The notes under the pieces: model-generated | Database searches by the model: none | What the model was told of the DNA's origin: nothing | Seen by the model: only the letters and a program-made list of their open reading frames with translations | Shown here: piece after piece, positions 10,224 to 20,203 of the stretch | Numbering within the stretch: the stretch's first letter is position 1 | How the letters are laid out: each line of letters starts with the position of its first letter | NCBI GenBank assembly: GCA_963805625.1 | Contig: CAWDVE010000017.1 | Location: forward strand, 921,912-985,911 | DNA: 64,000 nt | Direction of reading: 5' to 3' | Origin: an uncultured Candidatus Rokubacteria bacterium | GTDB lineage: Bacteria; Methylomirabilota; Methylomirabilia; Rokubacteriales; DASRDR01 | Position numbers and translations under genes: made by a program

Positions 10224-10881
10224 ATGGCAACCTTCGCGCTCGTTCACGGCGCGGGGCACGGCGCCTGGTGCTGGGAACGCCTGATTCCGATCCTCGAGGG
10301 GCTCGGGCACCGGACGTTCGCCATGGACCCCCCGTGCGAGGATCGCACCGCGGGCCCCGAGCGCTACGCTGAGGTCGTCGATCGGGCGCTGCCCCCCGCG
10401 AGCGACCTGGTGCTGATCGGCCACTCCCTCGGCGGGTTGACCGTTCCCCTGGTCGCGGTGCGCCGTCCGGTGCCGCGGTTCATCTTCCTGTGCGCGCTGA
10501 TTCCCGAGTTCAAGCGAAGCCTGGCGGACCCGGTTGCGGCCGACCCGAGCTGTACCATCCCGGTGTTGCGCTCGGACCCCGGCCGCGTGACGCGACGTCT
10601 TCTGCCAGGACTGCACTCCGGAGGACGTCAGCTGGCTATTTGCGCACCTGCGGCCCCAGGCGGCTGCTCCCCGGCGCGAGCCGTGCCCCCTGTCGGCCTC
10701 GCCCACGGGCGAGAAGGCGTACGTCCTCTGCCGGGAGGACCGGGCCATCTCACCCGCTTGGTCGCGCCGCGTCGCGCGCGAGCGCCTGGGTGTCGAGCCG
10801 ATCGAGCTCGACGGGAGCCACTCGCCCTTCATCTCCCGGCCCTCGATCCTCGCCGGCGTGCTCGACCGCCTTGCGCGCTGA
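10224..10881 (+). pseudogene. Alpha/beta hydrolase (Abhydrolase_6/methylesterase-like), frameshifted
   Basis: N-half LVHGAGHGAWCW and GHSLGG in one frame; C-half CREDRAISP..DGSHSPFISRP in another frame ending at TGA 10881, preceded by an in-frame TGA at 10588. Confidence 0.75.
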
Positions 10882-10974
10882 CCTCACGCGAGCCGGTAAG
10901 TCCGCGATGCTAAGATGCTCGCGCTCGACATGCGGCTGGCGCGATCCGAGATTTCTGACGCGGGAGGCACGCGT

Positions 10975-12384
10975 ATGACGTCCGACGAGCTCTGCTGGCT
11001 GTCCGCCACCGACCTGGCGGCTCTCATCCGCCGCCGCAAGGTCTCGCCCGTCGAGGTCATCGACGCGGTGTTGGAGCGAATCGGACGCCTGAACCCCCAG
11101 ATCAACGCGTACGTCACGGTCACCGCCGACGAGGCCCGGCGGGCGGCGCGTGCAGCCGAGCGGGCGCTCGGCGGTCGCCGGGCCGCGCTGGGGCCGCTCC
11201 ACGGGGTGCCGTTCTCGGTCAAGGATCTCGTCATCACCCGGGGGGTGCGGACGACGTTCGGCACCCCCCTCTTCGCCGACAACGTCCCGACCGAGGACGC
11301 TCCGATGGTCGCCCGTCTGAAGGCGGCCGGCGCCATCATGGTCGGCAAGACCAACACGCCGACCATGGGCTGGCTGGGCGCGACCCACAACCTGCTCTTC
11401 GGGGCGACCCGGAACCCGTGGCGCCTGGATCGCACCCCGGGCGGCTCGAGCGGCGGCGCGTCCGCGGCGGTCGCGGCCGGCCTCGCCCCGATCGCCATCG
11501 GGACGGACGGGGGCGGCTCGATCCGGATTCCGGCCTCGTTCGCGGGTATCTTCGGCCACAAGCCCTCCTACGGTCGGATCCCGACGTATCCCGCGAGCGC
11601 GGCGTGGAGCGTCTCCCACATCGGCCCGATGACGCGAACCGTGGCGGACGCCGCCCTGGCGATGCAGATCTGCGCGGGGCCCGACGAGCGCGACCAGTAC
11701 TCGCTCCCCCGGAGCGGGGTGAACTACGTCCGGGCGATCCGCGGTGGGGTCAAGGGGCTCCGGGTCGCCTATGCCGAGGACTTGGGCAACGTGACGGCGC
11801 TGGATCCTGAGGTGCGACAGGCCGTGGCCCGGGCGGCCCGCACGTTCCGCGAGCTCGGCTGTCGGGTGGAGACGGTGGCCCCGCGCTGGCCGTCGCCCGC
11901 CGAATGCTGGTACGAGATCTTCTGCGGGGGGGTCGCGACGCGGCTCCTCCCGTATCGAGACCGGCGCGACGACATCGAGCCGGGCCTCCAGGCGATCATC
12001 GAGGCGACCGCCGCGAACCCGCCGAGCCGTTACGTCCAGGCCTGGTTCGATCGGCTCGCGTGGTGGCAGCACCCGCGTGCGCTCTTCGAGCGCTATGACC
12101 TCCTGCTGACGCCGACGGTCGCGTGCCCGCCCTTCCGGCTCGGTCTTGACCATCCGGGCGAGGTCGCGGGCAAGACGGTCGTGCCCTACGGGTGGCTTCC
12201 CTACACCTATCCCTTCAACCTGACGGGGCAGCCTGCGGCGTCGGTCCCGTGCGGCTTCACCGGGGAGGGGCTGCCGATCGGGCTCCAGATCGTGGGCCGC
12301 CGGTTCGACGACCCGACGGTGCTCCGAGCGGCGGCGGCGTTCGAGCAGGCCCGGCCCTGGGCCAACGCGCGTCCCGGCCTGTAG
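10975..12384 (+). CDS. Amidase-signature family protein
   Basis: GVPFSVKD, GGSSGGAS, GTDGGGSIRIPAS (Ser-cisSer-Lys triad); GGAGG SD. Confidence 0.93.
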   Translation: MTSDELCWLSATDLAALIRRRKVSPVEVIDAVLERIGRLNPQINAYVTVTADEARRAARAAERALGGRRAALGPLHGVPFSVKDLVITRGVRTTFGTPLFADNVPTEDAPMVARLKAAGAIMVGKTNTPTMGWLGATHNLLFGATRNPWRLDRTPGGSSGGASAAVAAGLAPIAIGTDGGGSIRIPASFAGIFGHKPSYGRIPTYPASAAWSVSHIGPMTRTVADAALAMQICAGPDERDQYSLPRSGVNYVRAIRGGVKGLRVAYAEDLGNVTALDPEVRQAVARAARTFRELGCRVETVAPRWPSPAECWYEIFCGGVATRLLPYRDRRDDIEPGLQAIIEATAANPPSRYVQAWFDRLAWWQHPRALFERYDLLLTPTVACPPFRLGLDHPGEVAGKTVVPYGWLPYTYPFNLTGQPAASVPCGFTGEGLPIGLQIVGRRFDDPTVLRAAAAFEQARPWANARPGL

Positions 12385-12386
12385 CA

Positions 12387-13636
12387 GTGGCGGGCTGGCT
12401 CTTCGCGGCGGCCGTCGACATCCGGCTGGCGGCTCTCGTGATCCTGGGCCTTCATCCGGAGAGCTACGAGTACGAGCGTCAGGCGCGCAGTCTGCTCGCC
12501 GGGGAGGGGTACCGGTACGTCCATCTGGGCACGCCTCACCTGGTGCTCGGGCCGCCTCTGTTCCGTTCCTCTGCGCGGGCCTCTATCGCGCCTTCGGTGA
12601 CAGCCCGCTCTCGGTGATCCTGGCCCAGATCGGCGCCTCGTCGCTGATCCCGGTCGTGATCGCGCGCATCGCGCGCGAGGCCGACGTGGCCCGCCGGTGG
12701 GAGTGGGTGGCGGCGCTGCCCGCCATGGTGCACCCAGGCCTGGTCGTGTACGCGGTTCACAAGCTTCACCCGTTGCCGTTCGACGCCCTGCTGCTCAGCT
12801 TGACCGTGCTCTCCGTGATGCGCCTGGCTTCCGCGTCCAGTCTCGGCTCCCACGTCCGGGCGGGTCTCGTGCTGGGACTCGCGACCCTGTCGCGCGCCAC
12901 CGTCGCCATGTTCGCCCTGCCCACCGCCGTGTGGCTGGTAGCGGTCGCGCCCGACCGCGGGCGCCGGCGCGCCGCGCTCGGCATCGCGCTGTTCCTCGGA
13001 ACCGCCGTGCTCGTGGTCCTGCCGTGGACGGTGCGCAACTGCGTGGTGCTCAACCGATTCGTGTTCGTCACGACGGATACGGCCGAGCTCTTCTGGCGGG
13101 GCAACAACCCGGTCGCGACGGAATCCGCCGTCCTCCTGGACGGGCGCTCGATCTTCGCCCGAGCCCCCGAAGCGTTCCGTCGGGAGATCCTCACGCGGGA
13201 CGAGCTGGGCCAGGTTGACCTGTTCCGGCAGACGGCCCGCGCGTTCGTGCGGGAGCATCCGAGGGAGTTCACCGCGCTCGTGGTCCGGAAATGGGCGTCG
13301 TTCTGGTGGTTTCCAGCCAGCGCGGGCCTTCGCTACCCCGGCTGATGGCTGGTCCTCTACCGGGTGTTCTACGTGGCGCTCCTGACGGGAGCGGTCCTGG
13401 GCGTCGTCGCGGCCTGGAGCCGCGCCGACCGGGGCGGCCGCCAGCGGCTCGTCCTCCTGCTGCTGATGCTCGGGTGCATCTTGGCCGCACAGAGTCTCTT
13501 CTACGTGGACGTTCGCCACCGCTGGGGCGTCGAGCCGCTTCTCGGGATCTTCCTGGCGTTCGCCGCGGGATGGTGGCGGGAGCCGCCGCGAGAGCGGGAA
13601 GGACGTGCCCTTGACGGGCCCGCCGCCATTGCCTGA
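12387..13636 (+). pseudogene. ArnT/PMT (GT39/GT83-like) membrane glycosyltransferase, disrupted
   Basis: YE..ARSLLAGEGY..PPL, then a 1-nt frameshift near 12562; LPWTVRN..GNNP; in-frame TGA at 13343 followed by continued TM sequence to 13636. Confidence 0.7.
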
Positions 13637-13756
13637 GGATGTGCTGAAGCACTCCGGTCGCGTCGCTGGCCGTGGCCTCGTTGCTGCCGGATGGGCGGGT
13701 CGGGCATCTCACCTTGGTGAACCGTGGTCAGGTGAATGGCCACGCGGAGGTTGCAC

Positions 13757-15325
13757 ATGGGGGTCCTGCGCACGCTTCGCATGCTTGGTGTCGCCATCCT
13801 GCCGGTGCTGGCCCTCGGCATCGCCGCCGACGCCCAGACCCCCCGGAAGGGAGGCGTGCTCCGCGTCGCCAACCTCGGCGAGCCGCCAACCCTCGATGCC
13901 CACTGGACGACGGCGACCCTGACGGAGGTCCTGACCAACCACCTGTACGAGGGCCTGTACGCGCTCGACGAGGGGTACCGACCCATCCCCATGCTCGCCG
14001 AGGCCTTGCCGGCGGTGTCCCCGGACGGACTGACCTACGCGATCCGGCTCCGGCAGGGGATCAAGTTCCACAACGGCAAGGAGATGACCTCGGACGACGT
14101 CGTAGCCTCGCTCAAGCGGTGGATGCAGCAGGGCGTGTACGGAAAGGCGCTCGCCACCGTGCTGGCCGAGATTCGAGTCACCGGCCGCTATGCCATCGAG
14201 CTTCGGCTCAAGCAGAAGTATGCGGCGGTCGAGGTGAACCTCGCGGCGCCCAACAACTTCGGCGCAATCTACCCGAAGGAGATCGCGGAGAAGTTCCCGC
14301 CGGCTGAGAAGGTCACCGAGTTCGTCGGGACCGGGCCGTTCAAGCTCGCCGAGTGGAAGCCGGACCAGTACATCCGGATGGTCCGCTTCGACGACTACAA
14401 GTCACGGAGCGAGCCAACGAACGGGTACGGAGGGGCGAAGGCCGCCCACGTCGACGAGGTCCGCTGGATCCCCGTTCCCGACGTCGCCACTCGCGTGGCC
14501 CAGATGGAGACCGGCGAGCTCGAGTTCGCCGACGATCTCAACATCGACGCCTACGACCGCCTGCAGAAGAGCGCGAACGCCCGGCCGGTCGTGGCCAAGC
14601 CGTACTACTGGCTCGTCGCCGTCCTGAACAAGAAGGAAGGCCTGATGACGAACCAGAAACTCCGGCAGGCCTGGCAGGCCGCGCTGGACATCGAGCCCAT
14701 CATGAAGGCCGTCGCCGGGGGCCGGGCGGAATTCTACCGGATGGATGCCAGTCTTGCGTTCGTGGAGAACAAGCCCTGGTACGTGAAGCAGCAGCCGAGC
14801 TGGGGCTGGAACGAGCACAACAAGGACAAGGCGAAGCGGCTCCTGCAGGAGGCAGGCTACAAGGGCGAGCCGGTCCGCTTCGTGACGACCCAGGAGTACA
14901 AGTGGATGTACGACTTTGCCCTCCTATCCAAGCAGCAGCTCGAAGACGTGGGCTTCAACATCGACCTCCAGGTGGTGGATTGGGCGACGCTGGTCAAGCG
15001 CCGCAACAATCCCAAGGAGTACGAGGCGTTCACGACCGGCACCGGCAACATCTTCGAGCCGACGGCCTTCACGGTGCTCTCGTGCACGTGGCCGGGCTGG
15101 ACGTGCGACGCGGACATCCAGGGGCTGCTCCAGGAGATGGCGCGGGAGACGGACCAGCGGAAGCGGTTCGCCCTATGGGAGCAGATGCACCGGCTCTGGT
15201 ACGAGAAGGTGCCGTCGGTCCGCTACGGCGACCTCCACGGTCTCCGGGCGGTGTCCAAGAAGGTCCAGGGCTTCAACGAGAAGACCGAGCGGCCGCGGTT
15301 CTACAACGTCTGGCTCGAACGGTAG
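13757..15325 (+). CDS. ABC transporter substrate-binding protein, family 5 (Dpp/Opp), copy 1
   Basis: Signal peptide, GEPPTLD, LRQGIKFHNG, GTGPFKL; GGAGG SD. Confidence 0.93.
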   Translation: MGVLRTLRMLGVAILPVLALGIAADAQTPRKGGVLRVANLGEPPTLDAHWTTATLTEVLTNHLYEGLYALDEGYRPIPMLAEALPAVSPDGLTYAIRLRQGIKFHNGKEMTSDDVVASLKRWMQQGVYGKALATVLAEIRVTGRYAIELRLKQKYAAVEVNLAAPNNFGAIYPKEIAEKFPPAEKVTEFVGTGPFKLAEWKPDQYIRMVRFDDYKSRSEPTNGYGGAKAAHVDEVRWIPVPDVATRVAQMETGELEFADDLNIDAYDRLQKSANARPVVAKPYYWLVAVLNKKEGLMTNQKLRQAWQAALDIEPIMKAVAGGRAEFYRMDASLAFVENKPWYVKQQPSWGWNEHNKDKAKRLLQEAGYKGEPVRFVTTQEYKWMYDFALLSKQQLEDVGFNIDLQVVDWATLVKRRNNPKEYEAFTTGTGNIFEPTAFTVLSCTWPGWTCDADIQGLLQEMARETDQRKRFALWEQMHRLWYEKVPSVRYGDLHGLRAVSKKVQGFNEKTERPRFYNVWLER

Positions 15326-15411
15326 GCATGCGCATTCCTCCTCTTGACGAGGCTGCGTTCGCCGCTCGACGATTGAAATTGTCTCCCAACCCCACACGAA
15401 AGAGGTGGCGC

Positions 15412-16986
15412 ATGACACGAGGAAAGCTGTTCCGGACTGCCGTCTTTCTCGCGGCGGTCGTGGTCGTGGTCGCGGGCGGTCCCCCGGACGCCGCCGCCCA
15501 GAAGAAGGGCGGGACCATCCGCGTCGGGAACCTGGGTGAGCCACCAACGCTGGACGCGCACTGGACGACGGCCAGCATCACGGAGACCCTGACCAATCAC
15601 CTCTACGAGGGGCTCCTCACGCTGGACGACGAGAACAAGCCCATGCCGATGCTCGCGGAGGCGATGCCCACCGTGTCGTCGGACGGCCTCACCTACACGT
15701 TCAAGCTCCGGCGCGGCATCAAGTTCCACAACGGCAAGGAGATGACGTCGGACGATGTGGTCGCGTCGCTCATGCGATGGAGCAAGCAATCGATCTACGG
15801 CAAGGACCTCTTCAACTACGTCACCGAGGGCGGCCTCAGGGCCGTGGACAAGTATACCGTCGAGCTGAAACTCAAAGAGAAGGTGGCGATCGTCCAGATC
15901 AACCTGGCGGTGGCCAACAACTTCGCCGCCATCTACCCGAAGGAGATCGCCGAGAAGTTCCCGCCCCAGGAGAAGGTGACTGAGTACGTTGGGACGGGGC
16001 CCTTCAAGCTCGCCGAGTGGAAGCCGGACCAGTACATCCGGATGGTCCGGTTCGACGACTACAAGCCCCGGAGCGAGAAGCCCAATGGCTACGGCGGCGC
16101 CAAGACCGCCTGGGTTGACGAGATTCGCTGGATTCCGGTTCCGGACGTCGCGACGCGTGTCGCCCAGATGGAGACCGGAGAGCTCGAGCTGGCGGACGAC
16201 CTGAACGCCGATGCCTACGACCGGCTCAAGGCGAGCGCCAACGCCCGCCCGATCGTATCGAAGATGTACTACTGGCTCGTCGCGGTCCTCAACAAGAAAG
16301 AGGGCTTGATGACGAACCAGAAGCTCCGCCAGGCCTGGCAGGCAGCGCTCGACATCGAGCCCATCATGAAGACGGTCGCCGCGGGACGCGGCGAGTTCTA
16401 CCGGATGGACTACAATCTGATCCACCAGGAGCTGGCCGCCTGGCACGTGAAGATGCAGGGGCTCCCGTGGAACGAGCACAACAAGGACAAGGCGAAGAAG
16501 CTCCTCCAGGAGGCCGGCTACAAAGGCGAGCCGATCCGATTCATGACGACGCAGGAGTACAAGTGGATGTACGACTTCGCCCTCGTCTCGAAGCAGCAGC
16601 TCGAGGACGCGGGGTTCAACATCGACCTTCAGGTGGTTGACTGGGCGACCTTGGTGAAGCGGCGCAACAACTCCAAGGAGTACGACGCCTTCACCACGGG
16701 CATCGGGCCCCAGTACGACCCGACCAACTCCAACGTGCTGAGCTGCAGCTGGCCCGGCTGGACGTGTGACGAGCAGATCCAGAGCATCAAGACCGCCATG
16801 ATCCGCGAGACGGACTACAAGAAGCGGTTCGCGCTCTGGGAGCAGATGCATAAGGCGTTCTACGAGAAAGTCCCGGTCATCCGCTACGGCGACCTGTTCG
16901 GTCTGCGGGCGGCTTCGAAGAAGCTCAAGGATCTGAACGAAAAGACCGAGCGGGTACGGCTTTACAACGTCTGGTTGGACAAGTAG
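15412..16986 (+). CDS. ABC transporter substrate-binding protein, family 5, copy 2 (tandem paralog)
   Basis: Same motifs; long identical peptide blocks shared with copy 1. Confidence 0.93.
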   Translation: MTRGKLFRTAVFLAAVVVVVAGGPPDAAAQKKGGTIRVGNLGEPPTLDAHWTTASITETLTNHLYEGLLTLDDENKPMPMLAEAMPTVSSDGLTYTFKLRRGIKFHNGKEMTSDDVVASLMRWSKQSIYGKDLFNYVTEGGLRAVDKYTVELKLKEKVAIVQINLAVANNFAAIYPKEIAEKFPPQEKVTEYVGTGPFKLAEWKPDQYIRMVRFDDYKPRSEKPNGYGGAKTAWVDEIRWIPVPDVATRVAQMETGELELADDLNADAYDRLKASANARPIVSKMYYWLVAVLNKKEGLMTNQKLRQAWQAALDIEPIMKTVAAGRGEFYRMDYNLIHQELAAWHVKMQGLPWNEHNKDKAKKLLQEAGYKGEPIRFMTTQEYKWMYDFALVSKQQLEDAGFNIDLQVVDWATLVKRRNNSKEYDAFTTGIGPQYDPTNSNVLSCSWPGWTCDEQIQSIKTAMIRETDYKKRFALWEQMHKAFYEKVPVIRYGDLFGLRAASKKLKDLNEKTERVRLYNVWLDK

Positions 16987-17005
16987 CTCGCGGCTGATCG
17001 CGTGA

Positions 17006-17042
17006 CGCGGCGGGGGCTGGTCGTCCGGCGGCCCCCGCCGCG
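17006..17042 (+). promoter_or_regulatory. Stem-loop between binding-protein and permease genes
   Basis: CGCGGCGGGGGC (17006-17017) pairs with GCCCCCGCCGCG (17031-17042). Confidence 0.6.
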
Positions 17043-17048
17043 CTTGTC

Positions 17049-17993
17049 ATGACGGCTTATCTCATCCGCCGCCTCCTCGCCGTGATCCCGGTGATGGTCG
17101 TCGTCGTCACCGTGGTCTTCCTGCTGATCCACCTGATTCCCGGCGACCCCGTCGGCGTCATGCTCGGCCCCGACGCGACGCCGGCCCAGATCGACGGAGT
17201 TCGGCAGGCGCTCGGGCTCGACCGCCCGCTCCTCGAGCAACTCCTCCTCTTCTACAAGCGCATCCTGCGGGGCGACCTGGGCCGCTCCTATTTCCTCGAC
17301 CGGCCCGTGACGCAGGCGCTCTGGGAGCGCGCGGAGCCGACGCTCGTCCTGACGGCGACCTCGCTCTTCGTTGCGCTCCTGATCGGCGTGCCGTCGGGTA
17401 TCGTGGCCGGCGCCAACCAGGGCTCCTGGTGGGACCGTCTGCTCATGCTTGGGGCCCTCCTGGGCGTCTGCATTCCCAGCTTCTGGCTGAGCCTGAACTT
17501 CATCTACCTCTTCGCGGTCCGGCTCGGGTGGCTGCCGGCGGCGGGGTACGCCTCGATCTTCACCGATCCATGGGCGGCGCTCCGCTACATGGTCCTGCCC
17601 GCGGTCTCCCTGGGCTTCAACCAGTCCGCCCTGATCGCGCGCATCGCGCGCTCGTGCATGGTCGAGGTGCTCCAGCAGGACTACATCCGGACCGCCCGGG
17701 CGAAGGGGCTTTCCCAGCGAGTGGTGGCCTACGTGCACGGGTTCCGCAACGCCCTCGTACCGGTCGTGACGGTCATCGGCGTTACGATCGCGATTCTCGT
17801 CGGCGGCGCCGTCGTGACGGAGATCGTCTTCAACATTCCCGGGATGGGCCGCCTCATCATCTCGGCGATCTTGCGGCGCGACTATCCCGTGGTGCAGGGA
17901 GTTGTGCTCGTGACGGCCGCGTCCTACGTCCTCATCAACCTGGCCGTCGACATGGTCTACGCGTTCATCGATCCCCGCATCCGGTACGACTAG
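17049..17993 (+). CDS. ABC permease, DppB/OppB type
   Basis: YLIRRLL, PGDP, GDLGRS, DYIRTARAKG, RDYPVVQG. Confidence 0.93.
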   Translation: MTAYLIRRLLAVIPVMVVVVTVVFLLIHLIPGDPVGVMLGPDATPAQIDGVRQALGLDRPLLEQLLLFYKRILRGDLGRSYFLDRPVTQALWERAEPTLVLTATSLFVALLIGVPSGIVAGANQGSWWDRLLMLGALLGVCIPSFWLSLNFIYLFAVRLGWLPAAGYASIFTDPWAALRYMVLPAVSLGFNQSALIARIARSCMVEVLQQDYIRTARAKGLSQRVVAYVHGFRNALVPVVTVIGVTIAILVGGAVVTEIVFNIPGMGRLIISAILRRDYPVVQGVVLVTAASYVLINLAVDMVYAFIDPRIRYD

Positions 17994-17994
17994 C

Positions 17995-18942
17995 ATGACG
18001 CCGACGACGGACGCCGCGGTCGAGAAGGCAGTGGCCGGAGCTCCTGCCACGATCGTGGGGGTGGCAGAGCCGACCGCGCTCCGGATCCGATTGTTCCGCC
18101 GGCTGCTCCGCAACCGGAGCGTGGTCGTGGGCGCGGCGATCTTTCTCGTCTTCCTCCTGGCCGCGCTGCTCGCGGGCCAGATCTCGACCCACGTCCCAAC
18201 GCGCCTCAACCCGCCCCAGCGCCTGAAGCCCCCGAGCGCGATGAACTTCCTCGGGACCGACGAGTTCGGCCGGGACGTCTACAGCCTGGTCGTCCACGGA
18301 AGCCGGGTCTCGCTCCTCGTCGGCGGCGTCACCATGCTCATCACCTCGATCGGGGGGACGCTGATCGGACTCATCGCGGGCTACTATCGGCGCCTCGACC
18401 TGATCGTCATGCGCGTCATGGACGGGCTCATGGCCTTTCCGGCGATCATCCTGGCCATTGCCTTCATGGCCGCGCGGGGCCCCGGTGTCTGGAACGTCAT
18501 CCTGGCCCTGTCGCTCGTGTACCTGCCGCGGACGGCCCTCCTGGTACGGAGCACCGTGCTGAGCCTCCGGGAGCTCGACTACGTCGCGGCGGCCCGGGCG
18601 CTCGGCCGGCGCGATCTGGCAGTCGCCGTCCGGCACATCCTGCCGAACTGTCTAGCGCCGCTTCTCGTCCAGGGGACGTTCATCTTCGCGTACGCCGTGC
18701 TGGCGGAGGCGATCTTGGGGTTCCTAGGCGTGGGCGTGCCGCCGTACGTCCCCTCGTGGGGCAACGTCATCGCGAGCGGGAAGAACGTGATCCGCGAGGC
18801 GTTTTGGGTCAGCCTCTTTCCCGGCATCACCTTGACAGTGGCCGGTCTCAGCCTGAACCTCCTGGGCGACGGCCTTCGTGACACCCTCGACCCCCGCCTC
18901 CGCGGGTCGGTCGGCACCGGTACAGGGAGACAAGGCGCATGA
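17995..18942 (+). CDS. ABC permease, DppC/OppC type
   Basis: LGTDEFGRD, YVAAARALG, HILPN, GDGLRDTLDP. Confidence 0.93.
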   Translation: MTPTTDAAVEKAVAGAPATIVGVAEPTALRIRLFRRLLRNRSVVVGAAIFLVFLLAALLAGQISTHVPTRLNPPQRLKPPSAMNFLGTDEFGRDVYSLVVHGSRVSLLVGGVTMLITSIGGTLIGLIAGYYRRLDLIVMRVMDGLMAFPAIILAIAFMAARGPGVWNVILALSLVYLPRTALLVRSTVLSLRELDYVAAARALGRRDLAVAVRHILPNCLAPLLVQGTFIFAYAVLAEAILGFLGVGVPPYVPSWGNVIASGKNVIREAFWVSLFPGITLTVAGLSLNLLGDGLRDTLDPRLRGSVGTGTGRQGA

Positions 18943-19706
18943 AGCTCTTCGATCTGACGGGCAAGGTTGCGATCGTCACGGGCGGCAACGGTGGTATCGG
19001 GCTCGGGATGGCCCGAGGGCTCGCCCAGGCGGGCGCCGCCGTCGCCGTCGCCGGACGCCAGGCGGGCAAGAGCGCCACGGCCGTCAAGGAGCTCGAGGCG
19101 CTCGGTGCCCGCGCGATGGTCGTCGAGGTCGACGTCCGGAAGGAGGCCTCTTGCCGGGCGATGGTACAGGCCGTCGTCGACCGCTTCGGCCGGCTCGACA
19201 TCCTGGTGAACAACGCCGGGACCAACATTCGGAAGCGCCCGGAGGAGTACACGCTGGAGGAGTGGCACACCGTTCTCGACACCAACCTCACCAGCGCGTT
19301 CATGTGCTCCCACGCGGCCTACCCCCACATGGTCCGGGCCGGTGGCGGGAAGGTGATCAACATCGGCTCGATGATGTCGATCTTCGGCGCGCCATTCACG
19401 GCGCCCTACGCCGCCAGCAAGGGGGGCATCGTCCAGATGACCAAGGCGATGGCGACCGCCTGGGCACGGGAGAACATCCAGGTGAACTCGGTGCTCCCGG
19501 GCTGGATCGACACCGACCTCACGCGCAAGGCCAGAGAGCAGGTCCCAGGCCTCCACGACAAGGTGATCGCGCGGACGCCCGCCGGACGCTGGGGCTCGCC
19601 GGAGGACCACGCCGGGATCGCCGTGTTCCTCGCGAGCGCGGCGTCCGACTTCGTCACGGGCACCGCCATCCCCGTCGACGGCGGCTACTCCGTCCAGGGC
19701 GTGTGA
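18939..19706 (+). CDS. Short-chain dehydrogenase (KduD/gluconate 5-dehydrogenase-like)
   Basis: TGGNGGIG, NNAG, YAASK, VDGG. Confidence 0.9.
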   Translation: MKLFDLTGKVAIVTGGNGGIGLGMARGLAQAGAAVAVAGRQAGKSATAVKELEALGARAMVVEVDVRKEASCRAMVQAVVDRFGRLDILVNNAGTNIRKRPEEYTLEEWHTVLDTNLTSAFMCSHAAYPHMVRAGGGKVINIGSMMSIFGAPFTAPYAASKGGIVQMTKAMATAWARENIQVNSVLPGWIDTDLTRKAREQVPGLHDKVIARTPAGRWGSPEDHAGIAVFLASAASDFVTGTAIPVDGGYSVQGV

Positions 19707-20203
19707 GGCCGGCGTCTCTGGCGACGCCGGGCGCTCGGCTTCGCCGGGGCTTCGCCGGGAGCGCGCTCGGGCTCCTCTGCCTGGCCCTCGCGGCGACGGC
19801 CGCGGGGCAGGGAGGCGACCCGCAGGCGGAGATGACCCGGACCGTGCTCGGCCAGCTCGCTGCGTTCCGCCGGGGCGACTGGGCCACCGCGTACGCCTAC
19901 GCGTCCTCGACCATCCAGGCCCGCTTCGGGCTCGAGGCCTTCCGCCAGATGGTCACGAGCGGCTACGCCCCGATCGCGCGCTCGGCCAGGGCCGCCGTGT
20001 CCAAGGTCGACGTGGTCGGTGCCGGCCACGGGCTGGTGGAGGTGCGGGTCGAGGGCGAGAACGGCGAGACGGTTGACGCGCTCTACGAGCTGGTCGACGA
20101 GCAAGGCAGCTGGCGGATCAACGGGGTGCTGACGCGGCCCGTGGAGGGCGCCACCGCGGCGTTGCCCGGCGGCGTCCCCCCGCGGCGCGTCGCGACCGGG
20201 TGA
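19703..20203 (+). CDS. Exported DUF4864-like protein
   Basis: GTGA overlap with the SDR; signal-like segment then QLAAFRRGD..AYAYAS..F..FRQMV..GY..WRING. Confidence 0.7.
   Translation: MRPASLATPGARLRRGFAGSALGLLCLALAATAAGQGGDPQAEMTRTVLGQLAAFRRGDWATAYAYASSTIQARFGLEAFRQMVTSGYAPIARSARAAVSKVDVVGAGHGLVEVRVEGENGETVDALYELVDEQGSWRINGVLTRPVEGATAALPGGVPPRRVATG

Noticed and set aside
13343-13345. In-frame TGA as possible selenocysteine or recoding site
   Set aside because: No SECIS-like hairpin follows, the position is not a Cys-type site, and the gene also has a frameshift.
14353-15411. 877-aa ORF suggesting a fused double SBP
   Set aside because: The upstream part is an off-frame overlap with SBP copy 1; the signal peptide of copy 2 begins at 15412.
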